Of a stretch of DNA of 64,000 nt, positions 10,008 to 18,758 are shown piece by piece. A model generated the notes under the pieces. The model saw nothing but the letters and a program-made list of their open reading frames with translations. It did not search any database and had not been told where the DNA came from. Every line of letters starts with the position of its first letter. Within the stretch, counting starts at the first letter, position 1. The DNA lies in the IMG/VR virus record IMGVR_UViG_3300011115_000650; one strand, 5' to 3'. The translations under genes and the position numbers were made by a program. The DNA comes from a virus.

Positions 10008-10217
10008 TTATTTGGTAGTTATTTCAACCCTGTCCATTGAAATATTTTTACAGAACCTCAGTTCTTTAGTACTAAGTGTCCAGATTTCACCGTCATCCAT
10101 TCCGCAAGTAAATAGTAAATCATGTTCCTGACTATAATCTATAACTAAAAAAGCGTATCCTTCCATTTTATCGGATACTCTCATTATAGGAATCATAGGA
10201 TTTAGCTGTACTACCAT
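10008..10217 (-). CDS. Hypothetical protein
   Basis: 69-aa ORF overlapping the upstream stop. Confidence 0.55.
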   Translation of the reverse strand: MVVQLNPMIPIMRVSDKMEGYAFLVIDYSQEHDLLFTCGMDDGEIWTLSTKELRFCKNISMDRVEITTK

Positions 10218-12400
10218 TTCTTATCTTCGAATGTTAACTGAGGTGTATGGGTTAGGAAGTTAGGCTTTCTCATAATCGTCTTAGCAATCGCTTTATGAGT
10301 CAGATTTAGGAAAGGTATATTTAACTTACTTTGTCTATCTGTAGCTACAATTTCAGAATATCTATTAAAGAAATCAAGAAACTCTTTTTTCTTTTTGGAT
10401 AAATTCTCAAAAAATTTAATTAATTGTTGATACGTAACATCCGATTCTCTTCCTGTTAACCTATCTAATACGTGCTTGGAAGTTAGGTCTACATCTACCG
10501 GTGCTAAAATGTTATCCGCAAATGCATCTACTTTCTCTATTTCATCAGGTGTAACTGATTCATTTATCATGATCTGTGTGTAGATATCTGGATTTCTTTT
10601 ACCGTACTCTCTCATTATCTGCCCTGCTACTGCATTTGCTTCATTTTCAACATCAGATCCTGTCTTACCATCTTCGGCTGTTATACCGTATTTCTCATTT
10701 TGACAGTGGTGTACTAATTCGTGTGCTAGTGTTCTTAGTATATCGGCTAGATTACGGTTTACAATCACTGTTGCAATCTTTTTATCGGTAGGGTCATAAC
10801 CTCCAAAGCTATGCATCTCCCCAGGGAAATTAGGATCTGTAATATACTCTATCTCCGGGATTTGCTTTAAATCTAGCAAGGGAGAACACCATCTAATAAA
10901 CTTCTCGATGTCTTCCACTATACCTTCTTGCTCTGAATCTAATTCTACACCCTCTTTGATAGCAGTCTGCGTTATAGTAGTGGCTAGCATCTTAAATAAA
11001 TCACCTGCATGACCTTTATTTATGGTTGCATCTGGTAGAGCTTCTTTGAAACCTTCTAGATCTCCTGCTCTTAGTAGTCTTCTTACATAAGAGGCTGAGA
11101 TTCTACCGAACTTCTCTTCCATTGGTACTGGTTTGATCTTATCTCCGAAGGCTTTCTTCAGTGATGCAAAGTAATTTTGATCATCTACTTCATCCTTACC
11201 CCCAACTATGTAGATTGGTGATTGTTCGGGGTGTTCGGCTATATAATCGAAGATGTCTCTGATTGGAGATGCTGATTTAGCGATACCAACCGAGATTTTA
11301 GGATTAGGTTCTGCTTGAAGATATGTTTGCCATACTTCTAGACTCTGTTCTGCCGTTATACCATCCCTCTCTTTCTTTGAAATTATAACATATACCGCGG
11401 TGATATAGTTACGAGATGCCATATCCTTGGCTACTTCGAAGTGACCTTTGTGTGGGGGTTTGAATCCACCTGGATAAAAACAGATTCCAGGTTCATTTAC
11501 TACTTCTTCACCTATCAACCTACCTAGATTGGTCATGAATTCTAGTAGACTATCCACTGAATCTAAGGCTTTTTGCTTACCTGCTCCTTTGGCTGTACCT
11601 ACTTCTCCACTCTTAATCGATACCATAGATTTAAAGATACCTTTAATCCTGTTTTTTGATCTTTCGTTCTTACATTTACGTTTAATGTCTTGTAATAACT
11701 CTTCAAAAGTACCATCTATTCTATAGCCATCGTATAGTTTCTTAACTGTATTCCAATCCGTAGTTTTCCATACCTCTTTTCTACCTGTTTCTTTAAAATC
11801 AGGTGATAGGTCTACTATGCGTAGCGTTAGAGCTGCACCAGAAAGATTGAATTCATACTCCTGACCCTTCTCCAGAGGCGGTACATCTTTAATACCTAGT
11901 CTTTTAAACACCGTCTGCGGGTCTTCTTCTAATAATACTACCTTAGTTAGGCCTAGTAATAAGCCCTGTATCTCGGCTGGATAGTCTAAGAAAGCTTTTT
12001 TGAAGTCAGATTCTTGTTCTGATGTTGAAACCATGTTATCAATCTGGATATATTCACCTGGCATACCTTCGATAGGGTATAATATGGTTACTAACTCACC
12101 TGAACTCAATGATTTCTTGCCTCTATACTTATCACTTCTAAAAGGTACGATAAGGTTATCAGGAAACTTAGCAAAGAATGCTGCTAGATCCTGTTTTAGT
12201 TGTTTTTTATCTTGACCTCCTTCTAAAGTTACGATCAAATCTATATCACCAAAATCAGATTTACTTGATGTATTGTAAGATCCTGAGATCTTAGCATCTT
12301 TAAACAAAGGGAATTTACTCAAGACCTTTCTTATATATGAATCTTTAGTTGATTCGACTGCTTTTCTTGGTATTCTATTACCGCCTGCTGATCCTGACAT
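10211..12400 (-). CDS. Multidomain protein: Pol-beta nucleotidyltransferase, HIGH-motif cytidylyltransferase-like domain and HExxH metallopeptidase-like domain
   Basis: ISGSY...FGDIDLIV; FYPGGFKPPHKGH...RISASYVR; LRTLAHELVHHCQ. Confidence 0.75.
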   Translation of the reverse strand: MSGSAGGNRIPRKAVESTKDSYIRKVLSKFPLFKDAKISGSYNTSSKSDFGDIDLIVTLEGGQDKKQLKQDLAAFFAKFPDNLIVPFRSDKYRGKKSLSSGELVTILYPIEGMPGEYIQIDNMVSTSEQESDFKKAFLDYPAEIQGLLLGLTKVVLLEEDPQTVFKRLGIKDVPPLEKGQEYEFNLSGAALTLRIVDLSPDFKETGRKEVWKTTDWNTVKKLYDGYRIDGTFEELLQDIKRKCKNERSKNRIKGIFKSMVSIKSGEVGTAKGAGKQKALDSVDSLLEFMTNLGRLIGEEVVNEPGICFYPGGFKPPHKGHFEVAKDMASRNYITAVYVIISKKERDGITAEQSLEVWQTYLQAEPNPKISVGIAKSASPIRDIFDYIAEHPEQSPIYIVGGKDEVDDQNYFASLKKAFGDKIKPVPMEEKFGRISASYVRRLLRAGDLEGFKEALPDATINKGHAGDLFKMLATTITQTAIKEGVELDSEQEGIVEDIEKFIRWCSPLLDLKQIPEIEYITDPNFPGEMHSFGGYDPTDKKIATVIVNRNLADILRTLAHELVHHCQNEKYGITAEDGKTGSDVENEANAVAGQIMREYGKRNPDIYTQIMINESVTPDEIEKVDAFADNILAPVDVDLTSKHVLDRLTGRESDVTYQQLIKFFENLSKKKKEFLDFFNRYSEIVATDRQSKLNIPFLNLTHKAIAKTIMRKPNFLTHTPQLTFEDKKW

Positions 12401-13371
12401 TATGCTTCTGTTTTATACTTGGTTAATTCTGAGTCATCAGGTAAAAACTTACCTTTCAAACCTAGTCTGTCTTGATTTTTAATCCAGTAGTCCTGTATAT
12501 CACTTGGTATATCGGCTCTAGTTGAATCTAAGATCTTTAAATAGATATCCAGTATTCCATTAACGTCTTGGCTGCTTAAACTGCTGCCTAGATACGTCAT
12601 TAACTTGTGATAGTCTTCTAAGATATCTGGAGTTATTTTAGTTCCGTAGAGTTTATTTAATAATGCTATAGCTTCTTGAGGTGTCTTAGCCTCAACCTCT
12701 CTGGTATCTTTATTAATAACTCCTTGACCGTGTCTAAAGGTATAGCCTTTATAGCCAAATAAAGCAACCAATAACTGTGTTCTATGTAAGCCTTTAACAT
12801 TACCTTGGTAGGTAGATGAATAGTAGCTAAACTTTAACCAGTCTAGATTACCTATATTAATGTCGGTTTGAACTGTTTTACCTAGTTCTTCACCTTTGTC
12901 GTTGTACTGACCTGTCTCACAGAAGATCGCTCCACCACCGGCTTGTTTTAAATCTACTTGAATGATATCAGATTTTTCATTAATCTGTGCACCAATCATT
13001 TCGATCATAGCTCTTAATTGGTTTTGAGCGGGTGTGGCTGTTCTAGCACGTTTTGCAATCGCTGCAACTCTCTCTTCGAACTGTGCTTTATCAACATTCC
13101 AACCTTTAAAGTCAGGTGTTTCACCGTCTGGGAATAAATACTTAACGTCGTACCCTAGATCGATATCACCTGATTGTGGTTTCTTACCCACTGATCCTAA
13201 TGTTTGGAAAGTTGTAAAGGTCTTAGCCTTAGCAGGGAAGATTCTTCCTAATTCTGCTGAAAATTTATCTAATGTTGGATCTATATCCTCTCTTTTAATA
13301 GGTGCGGTAGATCCAAAAACATTACCTCCTTCAAGGAGTATTTGCTTTAGTAACGGTATTAGTTTTATCAT
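12400..13371 (-). CDS. Pol-beta superfamily nucleotidyltransferase with MIKL leader
   Basis: LGSVGKKPQSGDIDLG and VQTD third aspartate; starts MIKLIPLLKQILLE. Confidence 0.7.
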   Translation of the reverse strand: MIKLIPLLKQILLEGGNVFGSTAPIKREDIDPTLDKFSAELGRIFPAKAKTFTTFQTLGSVGKKPQSGDIDLGYDVKYLFPDGETPDFKGWNVDKAQFEERVAAIAKRARTATPAQNQLRAMIEMIGAQINEKSDIIQVDLKQAGGGAIFCETGQYNDKGEELGKTVQTDINIGNLDWLKFSYYSSTYQGNVKGLHRTQLLVALFGYKGYTFRHGQGVINKDTREVEAKTPQEAIALLNKLYGTKITPDILEDYHKLMTYLGSSLSSQDVNGILDIYLKILDSTRADIPSDIQDYWIKNQDRLGLKGKFLPDDSELTKYKTEA

Positions 13372-13385
13372 ACACTTATAAATAG

Positions 13386-14054
13386 TTACTCTTCCTTGAT
13401 TACAATCTGCTCTTCTGATATTATAGATTTAGGTAACTTATTAGCAAGTTCTTTCATGTATCCAACCGCTATATCGACCCTACTCAACATATTCTTGATT
13501 TCATCTTCATCTCTATGTAGTCTATAGATAAACATCATGTAATCTGTACTCACTCTTGGGTCAAAACTAATAAAATCGCACCACTTAGCACCTGTTACTG
13601 CCATGTGTGAGATACATTGATAGTAGTACGCTGTAGAAGCTTTCTTAAACTCGGCATCTGATGTAATTAGACCGTATTTAAAATGATTTACTGAGTTGTA
13701 GGGGCATTTAATTTCAAGTGTTCCGTCTGGATTTACAATAGAATCTGGAGATCCACCATAATGGTTGCCTACTGTATAGAAAGAGCAGGGTTGGACATCT
13801 AATCCTGTAGCTGCTTTGTAGATATCTCGTGCAGTATCTTCTAGATCAGTTCCCCAATCAAGGGCTTGCCCTAGAGCTGGTGATGAAAATCCACCTAGTT
13901 TTTCGGATACCTTCTCTAATAAGTAGCTTTTTGCGGTCTCACTAAGACTCTCTGTCTTAGATTTACCTTCTCCCATAATTTTCCACACTTCTGAGCTGGT
14001 TATTCTTCCTTTTCGAATGTTAAACCACTCTGGTGAACGCTGTTCAATTAACAT
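13386..14054 (-). CDS. YqaJ/lambda-type exonuclease
   Basis: EQRSPEW..R.G.ITSS, GGSPD, LEIKCP, YYYQC. Confidence 0.9.
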   Translation of the reverse strand: MLIEQRSPEWFNIRKGRITSSEVWKIMGEGKSKTESLSETAKSYLLEKVSEKLGGFSSPALGQALDWGTDLEDTARDIYKAATGLDVQPCSFYTVGNHYGGSPDSIVNPDGTLEIKCPYNSVNHFKYGLITSDAEFKKASTAYYYQCISHMAVTGAKWCDFISFDPRVSTDYMMFIYRLHRDEDEIKNMLSRVDIAVGYMKELANKLPKSIISEEQIVIKEE

Positions 14055-14992
14055 AATTCTAGTTTTTTGTGAAGTAATTTTGCATAACTCAACGGACTAG
14101 CTTGATGTAAGAGCTTGGTCATTTCTTGAAAACCAATATCTGAAGGATCTTTACCATCTAATTCTACTAGATATACTTCTTTGCCCTGGTCTAATAGATG
14201 CTGAGCATGTTTTAATGCGTCTTTTAGTGCATCATTATCTAGAGCGATATAAACCGTCTTAACCTCACTCTGTGCTAACTGCATCTGTAGTGCTGTTGAG
14301 ATGGTTTTTCCAAATAGAGGAACTGCATTTCGTTTTATAGCTACTGCATCAAAGATACCTTCACATAAAACTACTGGACATTTCCAGTTTACATAATATT
14401 CTAAACCTACTATTTCATTCTTATCACAACGGGGAGTATTATATTTCCTTCCAGGGTCTTTTTCAAAAGATCTACCTATGAAGTAGTTCAGTTTCCCGTC
14501 TTTATTTAGGGATTGGACAATTAGTGAATTAGCATATCTACCTGTTTCACAGTATCCTATCCCGTATTTTATGATATCTTGTTCGGTTATACCTCTTTTT
14601 TTGGCATAGGCTTGAGCTTGTCGGAAAGTGATCGAAGATTTATTACCGCCTAGTAGTGATTTAAACTCCTTAGGTAGTGTGATTATAAACTTCTCTGCTT
14701 CCTCACCCCCTCCTCCCTTGGGTATATACTTTAAAAAAGGCTTTAATTCTAAGATCTTCTCTCTACTAGCTCCTGCTTTTTTAAGCAAAGTAGCTAGTGA
14801 TCTACCTTTAGTATTACACACCCAGCAGTTCCATGAATTCTTATCATCTGCCGATATCTGTAGATCGACCTCTAGTTTGGGTTTTACATGATGACAGAAT
14901 GGACAGTTGAATGCATAATTCTGTCTTGAAGTATGCTTACCTCTACCTAGTACAGTCTCTACGATTCCTAATAACAATCTAGTATTATCCAT
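14048..14992 (-). CDS. DNA primase (zinc finger plus TOPRIM)
   Basis: CPFC...CWVC zinc finger; VLCEGIFDA; ALDNDA; KDP. Confidence 0.9.
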   Translation of the reverse strand: MDNTRLLLGIVETVLGRGKHTSRQNYAFNCPFCHHVKPKLEVDLQISADDKNSWNCWVCNTKGRSLATLLKKAGASREKILELKPFLKYIPKGGGGEEAEKFIITLPKEFKSLLGGNKSSITFRQAQAYAKKRGITEQDIIKYGIGYCETGRYANSLIVQSLNKDGKLNYFIGRSFEKDPGRKYNTPRCDKNEIVGLEYYVNWKCPVVLCEGIFDAVAIKRNAVPLFGKTISTALQMQLAQSEVKTVYIALDNDALKDALKHAQHLLDQGKEVYLVELDGKDPSDIGFQEMTKLLHQASPLSYAKLLHKKLELC

Positions 14993-15042
14993 ATTATGAT
15001 AATATACGGAAAATTAATTAGAGTACCTACCTAAACTTATTC

Positions 15043-15462
15043 CTAAGATTTAGGAGATTCTTTTATCCAAGCCTCTGGTATCAACTTATCTGCATAAGGT
15101 ATGCCTAATTTCTCACACCACATTCCATATGTGGTTTTAGAGTTCTTTGATATCTTTGTGTTCGAATTAGTGAATACAAATCTAATATCTAATTCAGGAA
15201 ACTGCTGTTTAATCAGTTCGTGTTTCTTTCTATCTGCTAATACGAATCTACCTTTAGTTTCTACTACGATACCGTTACTTAATTTAAAGTCTGGTAGGTA
15301 GGTATGGGATTTAGCTGGTACTAGATACTTAACTATATTAGCTTTACTCTCGTATTCGTATTCTACTTGTTTATTCTTGAGTTGATTTGCGACTGTTTCT
15401 TCTAAGCCTGAGCGATATCCATGCTGAATAGCTCTTCTTCGAACATTAACTTTTTTTGCCAT
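15043..15462 (-). CDS. T7 endonuclease I-like Holliday junction resolvase
   Basis: YRSGLEE, YLPDF, VETKGRF, DIRFVF, TTYGMWC. Confidence 0.9.
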   Translation of the reverse strand: MAKKVNVRRRAIQHGYRSGLEETVANQLKNKQVEYEYESKANIVKYLVPAKSHTYLPDFKLSNGIVVETKGRFVLADRKKHELIKQQFPELDIRFVFTNSNTKISKNSKTTYGMWCEKLGIPYADKLIPEAWIKESPKS

Positions 15463-15476
15463 AAATGATTGTTTTG

Positions 15477-16376
15477 TTAGCTATCCCACTTCACAATAAA
15501 AGTAACGTCTGTATTAGACGGTATGGGTGTGGGTTGAGCGAGTTTTCCGACAGCTAGTAATTCATTAGCTGCGTTGTATAGACCTACGGTTGTGGTGTAG
15601 GGTTGAAAGGCGGAACCTGTTATATTATTTGATACGTCTCCATAAGACCCAGATATTGCCGAAGGGTTTAGAGTCATATTGAATTCGTTTTCGTTGATAT
15701 GACATCTAACTTGGGACTGGTATATGGTTAGTTCTGATTTGAAGCTTATTACGTAGCTGTTTGTATCAAAACTTTTACTCCCGGATATATCTTGAGTTAT
15801 TACTGCTATGCCTTGTGAGTATATTACGTTACCTACATAGCTATTATCGCTTTCTATTACTAAGTTACCGTTTCCATCGTCAATCATAGTACCGAATTCA
15901 CCTAGGCTAGCTGATATAGTAAAACTATTTGGTCTTATATTTTCCCCGTATAGTGACGTCGGTATCGATACTATTGTTACTTGATTTCCTGATCCTGTAG
16001 GAAAACTCTTTCTGCTATCGTATTCAGATGATCCAGAGGTTGCTGTAGATTGTAGGAAGTTATCGTACATTAGAGTTGTACTGGTCTTAGCTCCTCCTTT
16101 TTCATCCTCTACTAATTGACCGTAATCTTGTTCCGATAGAGGTTTTGGTGGAGCGAGACTTGCTAAACCATTTGAATAAAATAACTGTCTGGCTGATCTA
16201 TAGTAAAGGGTTGAATTTGGTACAGATCCTGTTGATGGTACTGTATTATTTAATCCTAGGAGTACTTCAATGCCTGCATCCGTAACCGTATCTTGAGTAT
16301 AACTAAACGTTTTACTCGCTTTATACGGAAACACAGTTATATCTGATGTCTTAAATGTCTTGTATGCAGAACTCAT
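15477..16376 (-). CDS. Virion structural (baseplate-associated) protein
   Basis: S/T/G-rich; C-terminal TTVGLYNAANELLAVGKL shared with the neighbour. Confidence 0.6.
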   Translation of the reverse strand: MSSAYKTFKTSDITVFPYKASKTFSYTQDTVTDAGIEVLLGLNNTVPSTGSVPNSTLYYRSARQLFYSNGLASLAPPKPLSEQDYGQLVEDEKGGAKTSTTLMYDNFLQSTATSGSSEYDSRKSFPTGSGNQVTIVSIPTSLYGENIRPNSFTISASLGEFGTMIDDGNGNLVIESDNSYVGNVIYSQGIAVITQDISGSKSFDTNSYVISFKSELTIYQSQVRCHINENEFNMTLNPSAISGSYGDVSNNITGSAFQPYTTTVGLYNAANELLAVGKLAQPTPIPSNTDVTFIVKWDS

Positions 16377-16392
16377 CTTTTAGTATTAGCTA

Positions 16393-17412
16393 TTACCAGT
16401 TTAACTTAACTCTTATAAGTGCTTCTTTTGTAAAATCCTTGGTTAAAGGTTTTGACATCTTAGCAACTGCTAATAATTCGTTATTGGTATTATATAGACC
16501 TACAGTTGTTGGATAGGTCTGTGGGTTATTAATTAAGCTTGAGAAGTTTAATGCACCACTACCACTTATGATTGATGGATTAGTGGTGTAGTTAAAGTCT
16601 TGACTCTTTACTCTTACGAATATAAAATCAGATGATACTGTTTCTTCACTGTTTAACTGGAAGTTAGCACCGCCTGATATAGCATTGTAAATATAGTTGT
16701 AGTTGTTAGCATTCGTGTTAACTGATTCACTTACTAATAAATTGATACCACCTGATGCAAATGGTAAAGCTAATGCTCTTGGATTCAAAATTATCGTACC
16801 AATGTCTGGTAGGAATAATCCATAAGAACCTGATGGAGTATAGCCTGCTGTCACACCTGATGCTACTGTAGTTGATACTGCCGTCCCGTTACTTCCACTC
16901 ACGATATTAAATGCTCTACCGCAATCTAGGTAATTAACCGTTGTTGCTGTAACACTATCGTTGGTAAGTTTTATAGTAGATGATCCTGAGGTTAGGGTGA
17001 TATTAAAAGTAGGTGGGTATAACTGTTGTTTGTACCTATTTCTATTAATGTTTAGTACTATGATATCTCTTGCAACTGTATTACCAGTACCAAAGTTAAA
17101 ATTAGTATTTTCATCACCGTATACTAGAGTCCTATATTGACCGTAAGTTGTTCTACTAGGTGAAATATAGGGTACTAATGTGTTATAGTAAGCAGAACCT
17201 GATCCGTTTAGATTTCCGTATGCGATTGAGAACTGTGGAGTTGGATCGGTTACTGTCGTTCCACTAGCATATACATCCACATAGAATGTAGGTGATACTG
17301 AGGATGCGGTTGTAAATGTTGTTAGAACAGGTAGGCCAGTACTCCAGGCTGGAGCAGTTACTGAATCTGCACTTACTACGAAATCTGTTGGGGCTAAAGT
17401 GACAAAGCTCAT
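16393..17412 (-). CDS. Virion structural (baseplate-associated) protein
   Basis: C-terminal TTVGLYNTNNELLAVAKM. Confidence 0.6.
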   Translation of the reverse strand: MSFVTLAPTDFVVSADSVTAPAWSTGLPVLTTFTTASSVSPTFYVDVYASGTTVTDPTPQFSIAYGNLNGSGSAYYNTLVPYISPSRTTYGQYRTLVYGDENTNFNFGTGNTVARDIIVLNINRNRYKQQLYPPTFNITLTSGSSTIKLTNDSVTATTVNYLDCGRAFNIVSGSNGTAVSTTVASGVTAGYTPSGSYGLFLPDIGTIILNPRALALPFASGGINLLVSESVNTNANNYNYIYNAISGGANFQLNSEETVSSDFIFVRVKSQDFNYTTNPSIISGSGALNFSSLINNPQTYPTTVGLYNTNNELLAVAKMSKPLTKDFTKEALIRVKLNW

Positions 17413-17433
17413 ATTTGTATTTGTATAATATTA

Positions 17434-18090
17434 TTAAGATTGCTTGATGATGGTTACCGGTACTGTTATACGTGCACCACTATCTCTACCAATTACAATT
17501 AGGTTGGTTTGTAGTTGAGTTTGAGTACCAAATAGAGTATTGATCGTAGTAGCAGTCATATTGATAGATGTACCGATTACCGTCTTACTCACGTTTGTAC
17601 CTAGGGTAGTTGTAGTGTTTAGAGCCTGAGCTTCTTGAGTATTTATACCTACACCATTAAATGATGACATGGTTCTAACATCTCCAATAGTTACTATATA
17701 TCCAGACTGTTCGAAAGTAGATGTTGCGCCTAAGTAGTTTAGAGTCTGTGGAGTTATAGCTAGAGAAGCACCTTGTTTTAATGTAATCGATGTATAACCA
17801 ATATCTAGAACAGGTATCTTAGCTGTACCACGAGGTAGAGTGATTAACTTATACTTCATGATTTCGTTATCATTTGGAAATGCTTCTATGATTGGCATCG
17901 CCGTAATAGCTTCACCGTAAAATGCTGAACCTGATGGGTGATTAGGATTATAGAGTGTATAATCTATCTCATCGTCTGATAATGCAAATTGAGTAATTTG
18001 GAAAGAACCATCGTTACGTGCTAGTAACTCTCTACCTTTTTTTGTTAAAATTGCGTCAACTGTGACTGTTGTACCGTTTAAGTATCCCAT
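17434..18090 (-). CDS. Virion structural protein
   Basis: DAILTKKGRELLA...ITQFALSDDEIDY N-terminus; late motif upstream. Confidence 0.6.
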   Translation of the reverse strand: MGYLNGTTVTVDAILTKKGRELLARNDGSFQITQFALSDDEIDYTLYNPNHPSGSAFYGEAITAMPIIEAFPNDNEIMKYKLITLPRGTAKIPVLDIGYTSITLKQGASLAITPQTLNYLGATSTFEQSGYIVTIGDVRTMSSFNGVGINTQEAQALNTTTTLGTNVSKTVIGTSINMTATTINTLFGTQTQLQTNLIVIGRDSGARITVPVTIIKQS

Positions 18091-18146
18091 GTTGTTTTAT
18101 GTGTTTATCTTATTATAAATATATGTAAACTAGGTTTTAAGTTAAA

Positions 18147-18758
18147 TTATACTACAGAGCTACCTGTTACTATAAAATACATTGTGTAATTACTTGATGG
18201 TGACATCGTGAATGTAGCAGATGAAGAAACGCTGCTTCCTGATACTTTTGTTATAAAGTTTTGAGGTGGTACGCCTTGGTTACTCATAACAACTAAGCCG
18301 GTACCGTAAGTACCTCCTGTAGCTTTTCCGTATACTCTAGCTGTATAGGTCTGTGATCCGGTTGAAGGTATTGTAATCACTGTGCTTCCTCGATTTGGAC
18401 TGTAACTACCTGTTAGGTATACCGTACTTCCGCTTACTAATGAGTAACCGCTACCGCTTAAATCGCTATCTATGAAATCTGCAGAATTAATTTGAAAATT
18501 CCAATCTATGTTTATAAATGAAGAGGTATTTGGTGTAGTAGGTAGGCTTACAGTTGGAAAAGGTGGGTAGTATAGGTCTGTATTATTTACTGGGTATACA
18601 CCTAGGGTCGAACTTCCTGACTGTATAAAAATACTTATTGAAGATGTTGCTATAGTTACATCGTAGTAGTATAGCGGTACTTGTTGGTTGTTAGTATCTA
18701 TAATCTGCAGAGATGATAAAATGGATCCGGACGGGGGGGTATAGTATAGTTGTGTCAT
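18147..18758 (-). CDS. Ser/Thr-rich structural protein
   Basis: 203-aa beta-rich ORF coupled to the large upstream gene. Confidence 0.5.
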   Translation of the reverse strand: MTQLYYTPPSGSILSSLQIIDTNNQQVPLYYYDVTIATSSISIFIQSGSSTLGVYPVNNTDLYYPPFPTVSLPTTPNTSSFINIDWNFQINSADFIDSDLSGSGYSLVSGSTVYLTGSYSPNRGSTVITIPSTGSQTYTARVYGKATGGTYGTGLVVMSNQGVPPQNFITKVSGSSVSSSATFTMSPSSNYTMYFIVTGSSVV

